DNA of 64,000 bases, from positions 89,530,001-89,594,000 of the forward strand of contig NW_024704743.1 in NCBI RefSeq assembly GCF_018977255.1, written 5' to 3'. The notes under the pieces were generated by a model. The model saw nothing but the letters and a program-made list of their open reading frames with translations, ran no database searches and was not told the DNA's origin. Positions 51,198 to 64,000 of this stretch are shown one piece after another (positions within the stretch are counted from its first letter, which is position 1; each line of letters begins with the position of its first letter). The stretch is from Callorhinchus milii (taxonomy: Eukaryota). The position numbers and the translations under genes are program-made.

Positions 51198-52939
51198 ATT
51201 TCAGGCTGTAAAACACAAAGCAAATGTTTAGATACATATATGTTACTGGCTTTGTAAATTTAATTTAACCTGCTTTCAACAGACAACATTGTACAGGAAC
51301 CAATAATTGAGTTATTATGCTGGTACGTGAATCTAATTGTTTAATGCAGAACTGTATTTTTGATAAATATTTTATTTAGGTTACAGAAACACTGCACTCA
51401 AAACAATTTTGATACAGTAAGATTTCAAACAATCATCTATTGCAATCATAAATTACACTAAATCGCTATTAGCTCTTCCCATTCCTTTTGCAAATACACT
51501 AAAACCTTGGCTGACCACACCAACGGGGAAAGATCCTGTCTGGAAACCAGAATTTCCAGCTAAGTGTAATTACAAAGCAGGTAATGACATTTTTACTGGC
51601 TTTTCCTGACGCTGTTTTATTCAGTGCCCAAAAATGCCAGTAAATGCCACTACAGACTTTGTAATTGTGAGCGGTAATAGCGAATAAGCTGTCTTCTGTT
51701 GGTGGGATTCAAACTGAGTCAAAGCTGATATCATTGTTGGCCATTGAAGGCAGAAGAGTGGCCAGGCCGGAGTCTGCACAACAACACAACACAAAAACAA
51801 CAAATTGCATTTATATAGCACCTTTCACGTCAGGAAAATTTTTTCCTTTTCGGACCAAGTCTGGCTAGGTATGAATTCCAGAGGGTTACCGCATTGCATA
51901 TTGGACCCCATTTTTCAAGTACTCAGTTTTTTTTTATCCTTTTTTTTAAAAAAAGTTAGCGATAAGCATTATCTAAAACTTCTTGTGGGGAATTGTCCAT
52001 AAGTGACCCTCCAGTTCCCAAATGATCAGGAGGAAACACACTCCACACTGTAATTAGCTTTATTGAACCTCATAATTAAATGTCTGATCACTCTATCAAC
52101 AGCTTTGTCCCAAAACCTTTCGATGGGTACGGAAGACTTTGTCTCTTATCCAGTGCTTTCCCATATTGACCTTCCCAGAAAACAAATAAACAAATAAATT
52201 GCCTTTTTTATGTCTTTTACGTCTGGAGGACATCCAAGCGACTGGATAGTCAAGGGGTTGCACATAGCTGGGGTTTGGATTTGGCAGAGAAGGGGGTCAG
52301 GGGGTGGAGTGGAAAACTAACCAAAGATGCAGTCAAAGAGGACCTTGAAGGAGGCAAGGGAAAGGGATGGAGTTCCAGAGAGTGCTGGCAGAAGCTGAAA
52401 ATGGTGAGGCGATTGGAGAACGTGAATCAGACCAGTGTAGCCAGCAGAGGGAGCGAGCAAGTTGGTATTGTTTATTGCAACATGAAACATCATCCCGGTC
52501 TTGCATTCTATTAGTGTGAAGGAAAGTCTGTTTGCACTCCAGAGTTCCTTTGGGAATCTACCAGTGTACCTCTCTGAGCTATAATTTAGCTATATAATAG
52601 CTATAATACAAGTTATAATTTTCATTGTCCCCCACCTCATACATTTTGAAAGTACTGGATTCCAGAGGTATTCTATATACAGCAAACCTTTGCAGCAAAG
52701 TGAAAATTTCTTCCAACAGCTCACTAAAAAAAATCAATCCCCAAACAAGATTTTTTCAAATATTTACACATTATGGCCTTTCTAACAGATAGAGATATCC
52801 TCCAGTGATTCATACATACATACCCCCAAGTCCTTTAGAGAATGCATGTCACCATCTGAAAGATGATAGTAAGCTTCCATCTTTTTATGTATAGTATTTC
52901 ATTCAAGAGATTAATAAAACACAGTCTTCGCTCAGGAAT

Positions 52940-53230
52940 CTGTGGCCTGCTCCACATCCCCCGCCCAGAACAGCGGTCGGGCCTTTAGGCTCTCTGCCCC
53001 CATCCTTTGGAACTCCATTCCACATTCCCTTCGCCTAGCTCCCTCCTTTGCCTCCTTCAAGGTGTATCTCAAAACCCTCCTCTTCGACCGTGCCTTTGGC
53101 ACCCTCCTACCCTCCCTGACCTCCACAATCCCCAATCCTGACCCCCAGCTCGGGTCCAAATCTCTGACTGTCCAGCACCTTGGGATGTTCTCCTGACGTG
53201 AAAGGCGCTATACAAATAGAATTTTGTACT
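52940..53230 (+). mobile_element. L2 3' fragment
   Basis: GRAFRLSAPILWNSIP...[14 protein letters not shown], then the L2 3' UTR. Confidence 0.8.
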
Positions 53231-55243
53231 GCATTGTAATCCTGACTAATTTTAGGGTACTCAGCATTGTATCCTCTGCCTATTCTGCTGCATAGAAACT
53301 GCATGGATTGGTGAAGTGCTGAAAGTTAAAAAAATTTTGGGTAACTTTGGTAACTATGCACATAGTTTCACCTCTTCCCTAATGTAATGCATCCACTACC
53401 TTCAGGTTTGGGAACTGAAATCAAAAGAGCATCACAGAATATCAATGATTATACCCACTTAATTGGACTTTCAGTATAACAGAAATTGAAACTGAATCTA
53501 ATTATAGTTGTGCAAGTGGACTAAATAATTAATTAGTTTCTTTAAGAACAAACGTTTATGTTTTTCACAACTAGGTGGTAAGACAGTGCAAACATACTGA
53601 GCTGCATGTATCCTCAAAAGGTTAGTAAATGAATGCTCCGCGTTTTGTGATGTTCAGCTATACATACCAGGAATATTCCTTCAAAAGATGGAATGCCTTC
53701 CTTAAATAGCTTGTACTCATACCCATTATTATTGGTGGACAGTTGTTTGCTTTCAAAAAAAGAAAGGTATTTCTCCCAGTCTCCTGGCCAACAATCTCCC
53801 AGATAAAATTGGTCATTCACTTCATGGCTCTTTGTGGGACATTGTTTTATGCAAATTGACTGTTGCATTCACCGACAAAAAACACAGTCACTACATTTTA
53901 CATTAAATCATTTGAAGCATGTTGAGGTAGCTCTGTGAGTGATAAGGCAGTATATCAAAGGATCATCATTAATATTTATAAGTCTGAACCAGAACATTTT
54001 CAATGTCTACTACTTCCAATCACATTGTAACATAGTAACATAGGGTTGGAAATTGTAATATTTCCTGATTTGATTTAACATTATGATTTGATGTTAAGAA
54101 ACGTTAACATTTCCAATTCCCAGGAATGGTTTGTGGCTACGGTAGACTTTGTTGAATCTACTTGTTAGCCTTTCAACTGCCCAAAAAATTTGTTTGACAC
54201 AATTATCTCATCATCTGATAACCCTGAATCTTTCTAGTCTTGAGGAAGTGCCTTGTTTAATTTTGAAACACTTTCTAGTTCCTTGTCAAGCACTTGTGCT
54301 AGCAGTAGTATTTGCTAGAGAAGTGTTACTTAAGAGCTCTCTTGCATTTCCTATTCACTTCTGTTGTCTTAATTGTGAAGCTATAAGTTGCTCATACGTT
54401 TCTTACAGAGCTCATTGCTTCTTTAGAAACTGTGTTAATGTCCGTGCAAAGATGACTTAGGCCTTTTGACAGCTCTCTGTTTATTGGAAGTGATGTATCA
54501 GTGCAACAAAACACCATGTTGAAATTTAATGTACACTTTCATTGATAAAGCAGTTTAGATTGACTAAAACTTTCCCTCGCATGTAACCTCATTTGTCTGC
54601 AGTAACCGTTAAACACTTTAACTACTGTATGTCCATAACGCTGAATTACTACTGCCCCATAGTTGTTAAACAAGGCAGTGTAATTTTGAAGGATTGGTTT
54701 GTACTAACTTAAAAAATGTATTATAATAATCAGTTGAATTGGGTTCTTCTCATATTTAGTATACTGTAGACTATGTGTTTCTTACCGTGCTTATCTCAAT
54801 AGCAGTGCATTCATCCTCTTCCATAGAAATGGTTTCAGAAATTATTTACTGGGATAATAATATTACATGATGACTGTGCAATGAATATTTTTAGAGCGTT
54901 ACATTTTATAATGAGAATTTCCATGCGCCTAGAAAATTAAGTATTGAAACATAGTTTATGGCAAATATTTTAACAAAACATAATCACAATCATATTTGCC
55001 CATAATAAATATGTAAATATAATGCAAACCTGTTGCAATTTTTCTGCTGAAAAGAATTCATAACTTTGTAATAGTTTTACATTCTGAGCTACGGGTTTCA
55101 TCTCAATTTTCTTTGCTGTAAAAATGACGACACATCTACTTATAAAGTATGTGTTTCATCAATGAGAAAGCTAGTGTGTTGACATCAGAGAAGGTTACAA
55201 TAAATAGTTCTACATGTGCATGTTTCATACACTGTACACTGTC

Positions 55244-55650
55244 CGCCCGGCTCAGTTGGTAGCACTGAGTCAGAATATTGCGGGTTCAAGCCCCTAGTTG
55301 AGAGTTTGAACTCCTTGTATGTGTCACTATATTCAGCAATCGTATCCCTGAAGTTTTGCATTCAAAGTTTTTATACTAAGTTAATAATAAATCTTTAAAC
55401 TTATGTAGTCTAGGTTGACTGTTGTCGATGTTGGCTGGAGGTGTAGTCCCTCAGTTGAGGTTTTAAACCAAGGTCCAGTTTGTCTATTTAAGTGGATCTT
55501 AAAGAATTCATGGCACTATTTGTAAAGAGAAGCAGGTTTCTCCTGGTCTCCTACCTAACAATTATCCAAATAAAATTGATAATTCACTTCATGGCTGTTT
55601 GTGAATCAATGCTATGTGCAAATTAGCTGCTACTTATGTCTACAATAGTA
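55244..55650 (+). mobile_element. Deu-domain SINE remnant
   Basis: ggctcagttggtagc head and ttaaaccaaggtcc...tggatcttaaagaattcatggcactattt core. Confidence 0.55.
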
Positions 55651-58600
55651 AGGTAAGTCTAAATGGTGGAGGGAGGGAGGTATTAAGTAAATAAACTATA
55701 AGGTTACAATCACATTCCTGTCCTACACCAGAAAACCATCTATACTGTATTAAGTCAATTTTGCCTTGTTTCTTTGTCAAGAGGCCACAATTAACTGGAA
55801 AAAGCACATGCAGGATTTGGAGGCTGGGAGCAGGGAACTCAGTGCAGATAAGTATTTAAGGGTGGTGTTATTTATGAAATAAATATAAATTTGGGAGTTT
55901 TCCTTAACAACAGACCACAAATTTTGCCCCAGCAATTTTCTAAAATCTTTTTGTCACTGTGCTTAAACTGTAAAGTGCTCAACAAAAAAAACTCCATATG
56001 TTTGATATACTACCTTTCCCGTCGCTGAAATGTCTCAAAGAGTTTCACAGGATACATTTGCCTACAAAATACACAGTCACTCCACTTTACAATATCTCCG
56101 GTGAAGCGCTTTGAGACGTTCTCCCAATGTGAAAGATGCTATACAAAGGATTATTAATATACTGTAAAGTGTAGTGACTTTGCCAACGCAGCAGCCAATT
56201 TGCATATAAAAATGTCCCACAATCAGTCATGAAGTGAATGATCAATTTTATCTGGAGGATTGTTGACCAGGACACTAGGAGAAACTCCCTTCTCTTTTCA
56301 AGTAGTGTCACTGAATCTTTAAAATAACAACAACAACTTGCATTTATATTAGCGCCCCTCACTCAGTGTAGCGTCCCAGAGCGATTAACCACCGAAACAG
56401 TCAGATGTGATATCAATTTAACATTTCATCTAAAGGTCCAATATTGCAGCAATCTCCAAACAATACCTTACTCACAATAATATATTGCCCACAGTATTAC
56501 AGTACTAAGTTAAATATTATGTGCAAATTTATAATGTAATACTTAACTGGTAACAAAACTTTATTAATTCGTTTGACACCCCTCTACCAAGAAGGGTCAA
56601 CTATGCATATCCAGCTTCCTTTAATATATGGTAATTGCCGAATCAACCTGATCCTTTAGAAATGTAATGTTGTTTTCATTATTTCAAAAAGTCCAATTAA
56701 ATATCCACATCTGTACTGTTTCTTTCTCGTTAATTATGTGCTGTCAACACTACATAAGTACAGTATTGTTCGTAAGGGAATGTGAAAGCAAACCTATCCG
56801 ATCATGAATTCCAACTCGCCTCATTAATTTCCTGGCAGAAAGCTCCGCACAGACACACACCGATTGTAAACAACAAAACAAGAGGAACTTCAGAGCTTTC
56901 ACCCATCCCCAATTCTTCCCTATTCAACTAATTCCCTATTCAATGCTGGTTTTCCACCTTCAAACGTATTCACTATCCCTTGTGATACTATATGACGTAT
57001 TTTCACATCAACTAAAATTCTGATGTTTCTTAACAATCACTTGGTTTGGGTGTGCCTCTCCTCTCCCCAACTTCCCTCAACTTTACCCTGCAACAATGTT
57101 TCTCTATCTTACAACCACAGGACAACTTCTACTATATCAGTGATGAATATCCAACTTCCCACTCTGATAACCTCCGAATAAAACTGCTAACTTGATGTCA
57201 AAATAAAGGTAGTTTTTTGCTGTGATCCCATGGTCACTAGAAATTGGCTTTTGACTACCAAAAACCATTTCACATAAACCCTTACAACCAACAGACAAAA
57301 TAAACCTATATCCCATTAACCTGGGCTTGATATGAACCTAGATCCTGCCAGTAAACAACAATGACAATCACAGTCCTAAGTTTTTTTTAGCTAAGCTAAC
57401 CCCCCTGCCCACCCCTTTGGCTACACCCCAGCTCAGGTGACCAGCCAGCAGTGTTAAGTGCTTTGAGACTTTCTCCAAAAGTGAAAAGCGTTATAAAAAA
57501 GTATTGCATTGTAGAAATATATTTTTGCTTGACATCTGGATCAATTATGTATATTTCACAAAGGTGAAATATTCTCCAATCGCAGTCAATGTTTATGGTC
57601 GAACCCACATGATAGTCTAACAGTAAATTGATGACTTTAAAGATAAACAAGAAGATTTTTTGCATTAAGTTAAAATTCAAGGCTGATACGCAATTACAGT
57701 TGTTTTGAGAAGTACTTTAGAATTAGAGAAGACAAGATGGGTGACATTTTGGAGTAAGAGGAAAGAGCAACAAAGGATAGAGGAATCCTTGCTGACATGC
57801 ATTTAATACAATTCTGGATCTATATCTACACCATTACTGCACCACACACACACTAGTTGCACTTGACAAAGGTAACAGAAATCAGTATCTGGTGGAAATT
57901 GGATTGTGAAGATCATCAGTTTGTTTTGAGATGGTGATTTATCCTCCTTATCATCCAACAAAAAGAACTCAGTAGCAACTATAGAATCAAAACACCACTG
58001 GGTCAACTTATGTCAAACACCCAGCATCAACACTGAATAATTTGCTAGCACTCATTGTAGCCCAGTACTTGGAGCCAAGATGCACACATTCATTTCTATA
58101 CAGCAGGAAACTAAGTGGAGCTTCTTTGACCATGTTTCAGCCATCTTTTCCCTCCTCTACTCCGCTCTCCATCTCCAATTTGGGTTCCAAATCAGCTGCA
58201 TAAAGCTCTCTGAAGTGGTCCCATTGTGAAAACCATCATATAAATGTAAATTGGTGTTGGTTGTTGCACGTAAAAACTAATATGCTTAATGTAAGATGGG
58301 TGATATTTATACTTAAATTACAATATGAAAAGTTTTAGCAGAGCACAAACTTGATGCCCTATTACTGTCCAACACAGGAATCCCAAGGGAAACTCGTACC
58401 AGTAACCAGAAGTGAGTCACTTCAACTCAGCTCTATCCACTGTTCATGACCCATACATCATCCATCCTGCAATTTAGTTCATCTCAGCTCTTTGCCATCA
58501 CCACTTACAAATATCCAACTAAAGACATCCTGCTCTCTGTGACAGACTACACATTTATTTCAAGAGCATAATTCGCTTGCTGGTTGTGTCCTTGTCTGGT

Positions 58601-58857
58601 TCTGTCTGCAATGTGATTCAGGTGGATGTAAAGGCATTACCGTGCACTTGCCATGTCAAAGCAATGTGAAGTATTTCTTCCAGTTAACCTGATTTATATT
58701 CATGTTCTCTTTGAACAATGACAATTAATTTTTAACGTCCACCTAAATAGGCATATGGAAACCACCTTTAACAATGCAGCACACCTCCAGCAAAGCATGA
58801 AAGTGTCAGCCTGGACTGTGTGAGTACAAAGACTTATTATTAAACTTAATTTAGGAT

Positions 58858-59180
58858 AATAATAATAATAATAAAAATAATAATAATCCTTGCATTTTGA
58901 TATAGCGCTTTTCACATCTTCTAGATGTCTCAAAGCGCTTCATAGAATAGCCTGTAAAGTGAATTGACTGTATATTTGTGGGTGAAACGTGACAGCCAAT
59001 TGCGCACAGCAGTGTCCCACAAACAGTTGTGGATTGAAGTGACCAATTTATTATTTTTTTCTTGAGGGATTATTATTAGGCGTGTGGAGTAAGGAAACTT
59101 GCCCAAGGTTTGGCCCTGCCAGGAATCAAACCCAGGTTTCTCGCTTGAGAGGCGAGTGCTCTAACCACTGAGCTACAGGA
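58858..59180 (-). mobile_element. tRNA-derived SINE (same family as 50873-51197)
   Basis: Reverse complement aligns along its whole length with 50873-51197. (taa)n on the + strand. Confidence 0.8.
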
Positions 59181-60874
59181 TGACCAAACGTCAGGGCTAT
59201 GGGGACTGAATGTCATGACACAGACTGAGAGGAACTACTCTGGAATGAATCAGTTAAGGCTAAATGGGTATCCATTTAAACAGATGGTTGCTGCTTTTCT
59301 ACGTAACTACCAGCAGAGAGTCCATTAATTCAGGTTGAATTCCATTTACACATAAAATATCCAAAATGACTGCTTGTAGTTCCAAGCCAATGGCTCAGTC
59401 AGTGTACTGGGATATGTCGACTCTCTCTGACACTTGGGATCTTGCAGCAGGGGATTGCCAACAACAACAACAAATTCAAGTCGGAAAGACGTCCCAGGGT
59501 GCTGGACAATCAGGGGTTTGGGACTCAAGCTAAAACCCACAGAACATTTGAGTGTTATGGGTGAAAACATATCTTAAAAGCCTGGCTCCAGGAATACCCT
59601 GAAATTCAGAGCTCTCTGGTCCTTCTGATTGCTTCAAATTAGCAAACCACCATGAGTAACAATGAGGTTAACTAATCGCCAGCAAAAGTGAGTTTCAAAA
59701 TGCAGCGCCCAGCCATTGAACAGGAACCAGAGGCAGGACTTTCTAATCTGAGCTCCCAAAGTTCACAGTTTGGAACATTCTATACATACCTGAAGAAATG
59801 GCTCAGTGAGCCTGGTTTTGCTAACCCCTGTTATAACAATACTGTGCATAAGATTTTCATTTGGGATTGAGAAAGTAAACCCATTAACAATATTTTTACA
59901 AATGCCAGGCAGCACAACAAGTGGGTATAGGTTCAGGACAGACACCACAATGCATTTATATATCCAGAGGGTAATTAACAACAGGTTACTAGGAAGGATG
60001 GTTTGAGGTCTGGACTCATTTAAGAAACAGCTGCTGGGAGGATAAGAAGGTGGGTGTTTGGATGGTTGAGATTAAATAGGCTGAAGGGCCTTCTTCATTC
60101 TCTTGTGATCATCATTAGACCACAGTCCTATTCCTTGGGGAATTACAGCAACAGCAACCTGGATTTACATTGTTCTCTTTACCGGGGGCAGTGTCCCGGA
60201 GTGCTTAAAATGGGAGAGCCTGACGCTGAGCTGGGGAAAGGGAGGAGGTGACCATAAGCACAGTCAAAGAGGAAGTTCTTCAGTCGTGAAAGTGAAAGTT
60301 CAGCAGCAATGCAACACCAATAATCTCACAAAATTCAGACCCTGCAGGTCTAAAACAAGATATTTGCAAACTGAATTTGTTGTATTAATTGCAATTTTCA
60401 CCTTGTCAATATCGAATTGCAAGTACCAAGCCGACAAAGTCCAAAAAATGGAAGTCACAATTAACGCACCAAACACAAAATACCAATCCACGACTGTTTG
60501 TGGGACACTGCTGTGCGCAAATGGCTGCTGCATTTCACCCACAAAATACACAGTCACTACACTTTACACTTTGTGAAGCACTTTCAGACGTCTCAAGGAA
60601 GTGATAAGGCACTATATCAAATGCAAGGATTATTATTATTTGCATACCACATCCCATTTGTCTATTACTCATCCCTCTGTCATTCCTCTAAATGTCAATG
60701 GCTGATCTCTCAGACACTATGCTCCTGCTCACTGGAACACAATTCTTAACCTCGTGTCCTTTCTCCCTGTCTTCAAAACCTTTTCTTTGTCTATGCCGCA
60801 TCAAATCCTCCCTCCCTTCTTCTTGATGATCCCCATCTATATAAAGTGCTTTGAGACATTATGCTGTATGTCAC

Positions 60875-61812
60875 TCGCTCAACGTGCGAAAAACCGAGGC
60901 CCTCCTGATTGGCTCACGTCAGCGCCTCCGCACCTCAGGCGCTGACACCATCAGCATCCAAGGCTGCACTCTCCACCTCTCAAAACCAGTCAGGAACCTC
61001 GGCGTTTTGTTCGACCCTGAGCTGTCCTTTCTCCCTCACATCCGCACCACAACTGGCACCGCCTTCCATCACCTCCGGAATATCGCCAGATTACGGCACT
61101 ACCTCACCCCTCACGCTGCCGAAACCCTGGTTCACGCCTTTGTCACCTCAAGGCTGGACTATGGGAACTCTCTCCTCGCCGGCCTTCCCGCCACCTCCCT
61201 CCACAAGCTGCAGGTCATTCAGAACTCTGCAGCTCGTGTACTGTCCTGCACCAGGCTTCGCGACCACATCACTCCCACCCTCGCTCGCCTCCACTGGCTC
61301 CCCATCCCCCAGAGGATTGATTTCAAGATCCTCATCCTCACCTACAAGGCCATTCACGGCCTTGCTCCCTCCTACCTCTCCAACCTACTATCCCCCTACC
61401 TACCTGCCCGTACCCTCCGTTCCTCTGGCTCCGGTCTGCTCCACGTCCCCCGCCCCAACCGCCCTACTATCGGTGGTCGGGCCTTCAGCCTCTCAGCCCC
61501 CAGGCTCTGGAACTCCATCCCCCAGTGCCTTCGCCTTGCTTCCTCCCTTTCGTCCTTCAAGGCCGGTCTCAAAACCTTTCTCTTTGACCGTGCCTTCAGC
61601 TCCCCTCTCGACTCTCTTCCTCCTCCTCGCTCCCTCCCTTCCCTCCCCTCACCCTGACCATTTCCCCCCTCCTCTCTCCCTCCCTTCCCTCCCCTCACCC
61701 TGACCATTTCCCCCCTGCTCGGGTCATGACCCAACTGTGCAGCGCCTTGGGACGTCCTCCTGACGTGAAAGGCGCTCTATAAATGGAATCTTGTTGTTGT
61801 TGTTGTTGTTGT
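60875..61812 (+). mobile_element. Young 5'-truncated L2 LINE with an intact ORF2 C-terminal frame
   Basis: About 260 uninterrupted codons ([13 protein letters not shown]...[15 protein letters not shown]...[10 protein letters not shown]). (ttg)n tail. Possible tgtcac target-site duplication at 60869-60874 and 61810-61815. Confidence 0.93.
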
Positions 61813-64000
61813 CACAAAATCTTTCCACAGGATTTACTGTAAAGTGTAATGACTGTGTATTTGTAGGCAAGCACAGCAGCCAATTTGTGCACATCAATGA
61901 CCCACAAAAGCCATCAAGTGAATGACAATTGTTATCTGGAAGATTGTTGGCCAGGCCAGGCCATAAGTATAAGAGGTTGTTGTTAAAGTGACTGTTCAGC
62001 CTGGTTGAACTAAACTTTCAATTAGATTAATTTTCCTATCCAAAATGTAAACCAACTATTCATTACAGCAGAATTGATCGAACCACAATAGGTACCTTTG
62101 AGTAAGACATTAGAAGTAAAAGGAGATGAACTTTCATCTAACTAATTACAGGAAGTAACATGACTGTTTTAATACCTCTGCACTCAATCCATAATCTGCA
62201 ATGTGTCCTTGAAATGTAACAACATCCTATCTGGAGTGGAGAATTGCTACAATATTTAGCATCTGCCCTGTAAATCAGGACAAATGTCCCTGTCAAATAA
62301 CAGTGAACACAAGGGCAGCAAATTGAATTCAAGCTCTCTTTAGACTGACAAATCATATTCATGGACTCTTCTGCATGCCAGTATCAAAGAGATGTTCCCA
62401 AGTACAGTTTCTAATGTCAAAGTCACAAAAGCACTCAGAGTGGAGTGGATTGAACTGAAGTATCTGTCAGCGGAAGTGAAATAAACTTGGCATTAGGAAG
62501 GACTACACCATGAAAAGCATTCTAAATAGAGGATGCCGTTAATTATAATGGGGTTAAAAAGGAATATTTTTATTTTCTGAAGGAAATCCAATCTAATATG
62601 CAGTGATTTCTAACAGAATTGCTTAATAAGGTAACAGAAAGTATGTCACAATGATCCGCAAGAACATATAGCTCTGCCACACCTTCAGTGTGGAGTTCCC
62701 ACCCGTCGTCATGACCTACTCAGGAGCCGCCATTCAGATTCCTGGTCTGTCTGCAAAGGGCAGTAATAGTGCGTTTAATTTGTGCCTTAACACAGCTGTC
62801 TGTATTGTACAGTAAAAATATAATAATAAATACTGCTTGAATTTGATATAGCAGTTTTCATGTTGGGAGAATTTTTCAAAGTGTTGAAGGGCACTATATA
62901 AGTCCAAGTTGTTGTCTTATGCAAAAGGTGGCAGCTCAGATTTATTTACAGTTAAACCTGTCTTCAGCAACCCCTCAAGGGATTGAGCCAAAGTGGCCTT
63001 TATTTAAGGGTGGCCTCTGAGTAAGAAATCATGTGTGTGCAAATCAGGCTCCCTGGGCTGTTCCAGGGTGGTGGTGGTTAACGACAACAATAACAACAAC
63101 GTGCAGGTTATGGTTACTGAATGAAAGTGGTTGCCTGAACAGGTTTGACATATTACACAGCAGTTACCAACTCTTACCCGATACAATTTGGTGAATAGGA
63201 GAAAGATGTTATTCTCTTCAAAAGAGAAGGTTGGATGAAGATGCCTCTTTAACCTATTAGAGCATTCTTCTAATTTTTGATCGTAAGCTGTTCGTAAATG
63301 AGACACAGTATCAAATGAGGAGGGAAAAACACAAGTGAGGAGATATATCAAATGCCTAATTATCAGATTTAGGAATAAGTGATCAAAACAAAGCTAGACA
63401 CTGAGGTAATGTTGCAAACTAAAGATAGTGGTTATTATAATGATATGATGTTTTGCTGCATTGAGAAAGAGAGATCTCCCAGTGTCCTGGCCAACAATCC
63501 CCCTCCCAAGATAAAATTAGTCATTCACTTCAAGGTTGTTTGTGGGACCTCGGCTCCCATGTTCACAGTCACTAGACTTTATAGTAAAGAGATTTGAGAC
63601 ATTTGAACAATGTGATAAGACGTTTTATCAAATGCAAAGGATTATATTATTTATTATAATAAAAGAGGTGCAATTGCGGAAATATTTGCCCCAAATTGCA
63701 GGGCATTTAGCCGATGTTCTGGGAAATTGCAGATGAATTGGGTGAATTTTGTGGAGGGTTGATTGGTGCTATTGAGTTACATTTTACTGCCAACCTACAT
63801 TTTTTCACTTTATTGATAAAAATAAAACATTATTGATAAAAGCTAAATATGAGAAAATAACACATATTAGATTGTGGCAAAAAAAGAAATAAATTTCTTC
63901 TTGAACCAAAACGAAGTAACCCATTTGGGGGTGAGTGGGGGGGACACAAGTGCAGGCCAGTGTCGTGACTGTGTAGCTACAGGAGCTCACCACCTCCTGC

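Larger units (their letters stand above)
39634..63287 (-). pseudogene. Unidentified decayed multi-exon gene, convergent with CNGB3
   Basis: AG/GT-bounded blocks on the - strand: 63287-63178, 62410-62176, 59827-59790, 58688-58509, 53749-53668, 47991-47888, 46788-46662, 46581-46429, 43371-43282, 42362-42247 and 39712-39634. Most neighbours are phase-compatible and several carry in-frame stops. Confidence 0.55.

Noticed and set aside
60851..61734. Long overlapping ORFs (268, 264 and 112 aa), and similar ones at 4381-5232 and 15526-16308
   Set aside because: These are L2 ORF2 C-termini and their C-rich alternative frames, not host genes.
58400..62410. Several in-frame TGA codons in - strand blocks, suggesting a selenoprotein or readthrough
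   Set aside because: Other blocks of the same chain carry TAA and TAG stops, and I saw no SECIS. CGA-to-TGA decay in a pseudogene is the simpler explanation.
1..64000. CRISPR arrays, operons or other prokaryotic systems
   Set aside because: The window is intron-exon eukaryotic DNA. The recurring motifs are dispersed retroposon tails, not regularly spaced repeats.

Overview
This is vertebrate nuclear DNA rich in L2 LINEs, CR1 remnants and Deu-domain/tRNA SINEs. The repeat types suggest a cartilaginous fish, possibly a chimaera (inference). The + strand carries the last 14 coding exons of a cyclic nucleotide-gated channel beta subunit, best matching cone CNGB3 (about human exons 5-18; 1003-36678). 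It splices GT-AG into an intact frame of about 641 aa, and the 5' exons lie outside the window. Main finding: the exon encoding the pore helix, selectivity filter and S6 is tandemly duplicated. A second 142-nt copy (12816-12957) sits 687 nt upstream of the canonical 142-nt exon (13645-13786). It has the same length and phases, no indels or stops, and 22/47 aa identity. Its filter reads MIGELP, with the alpha-subunit-type Glu, instead of TIGGLP. Using both exons or neither gives a premature stop, so this looks like mutually exclusive splicing that swaps the channel pore. Downstream, the - strand holds a largely phase-consistent chain of about 11 exon-like blocks with scattered stops (39634-63287). 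These are probably a decayed gene that I cannot identify. Repeat boundaries are approximate.
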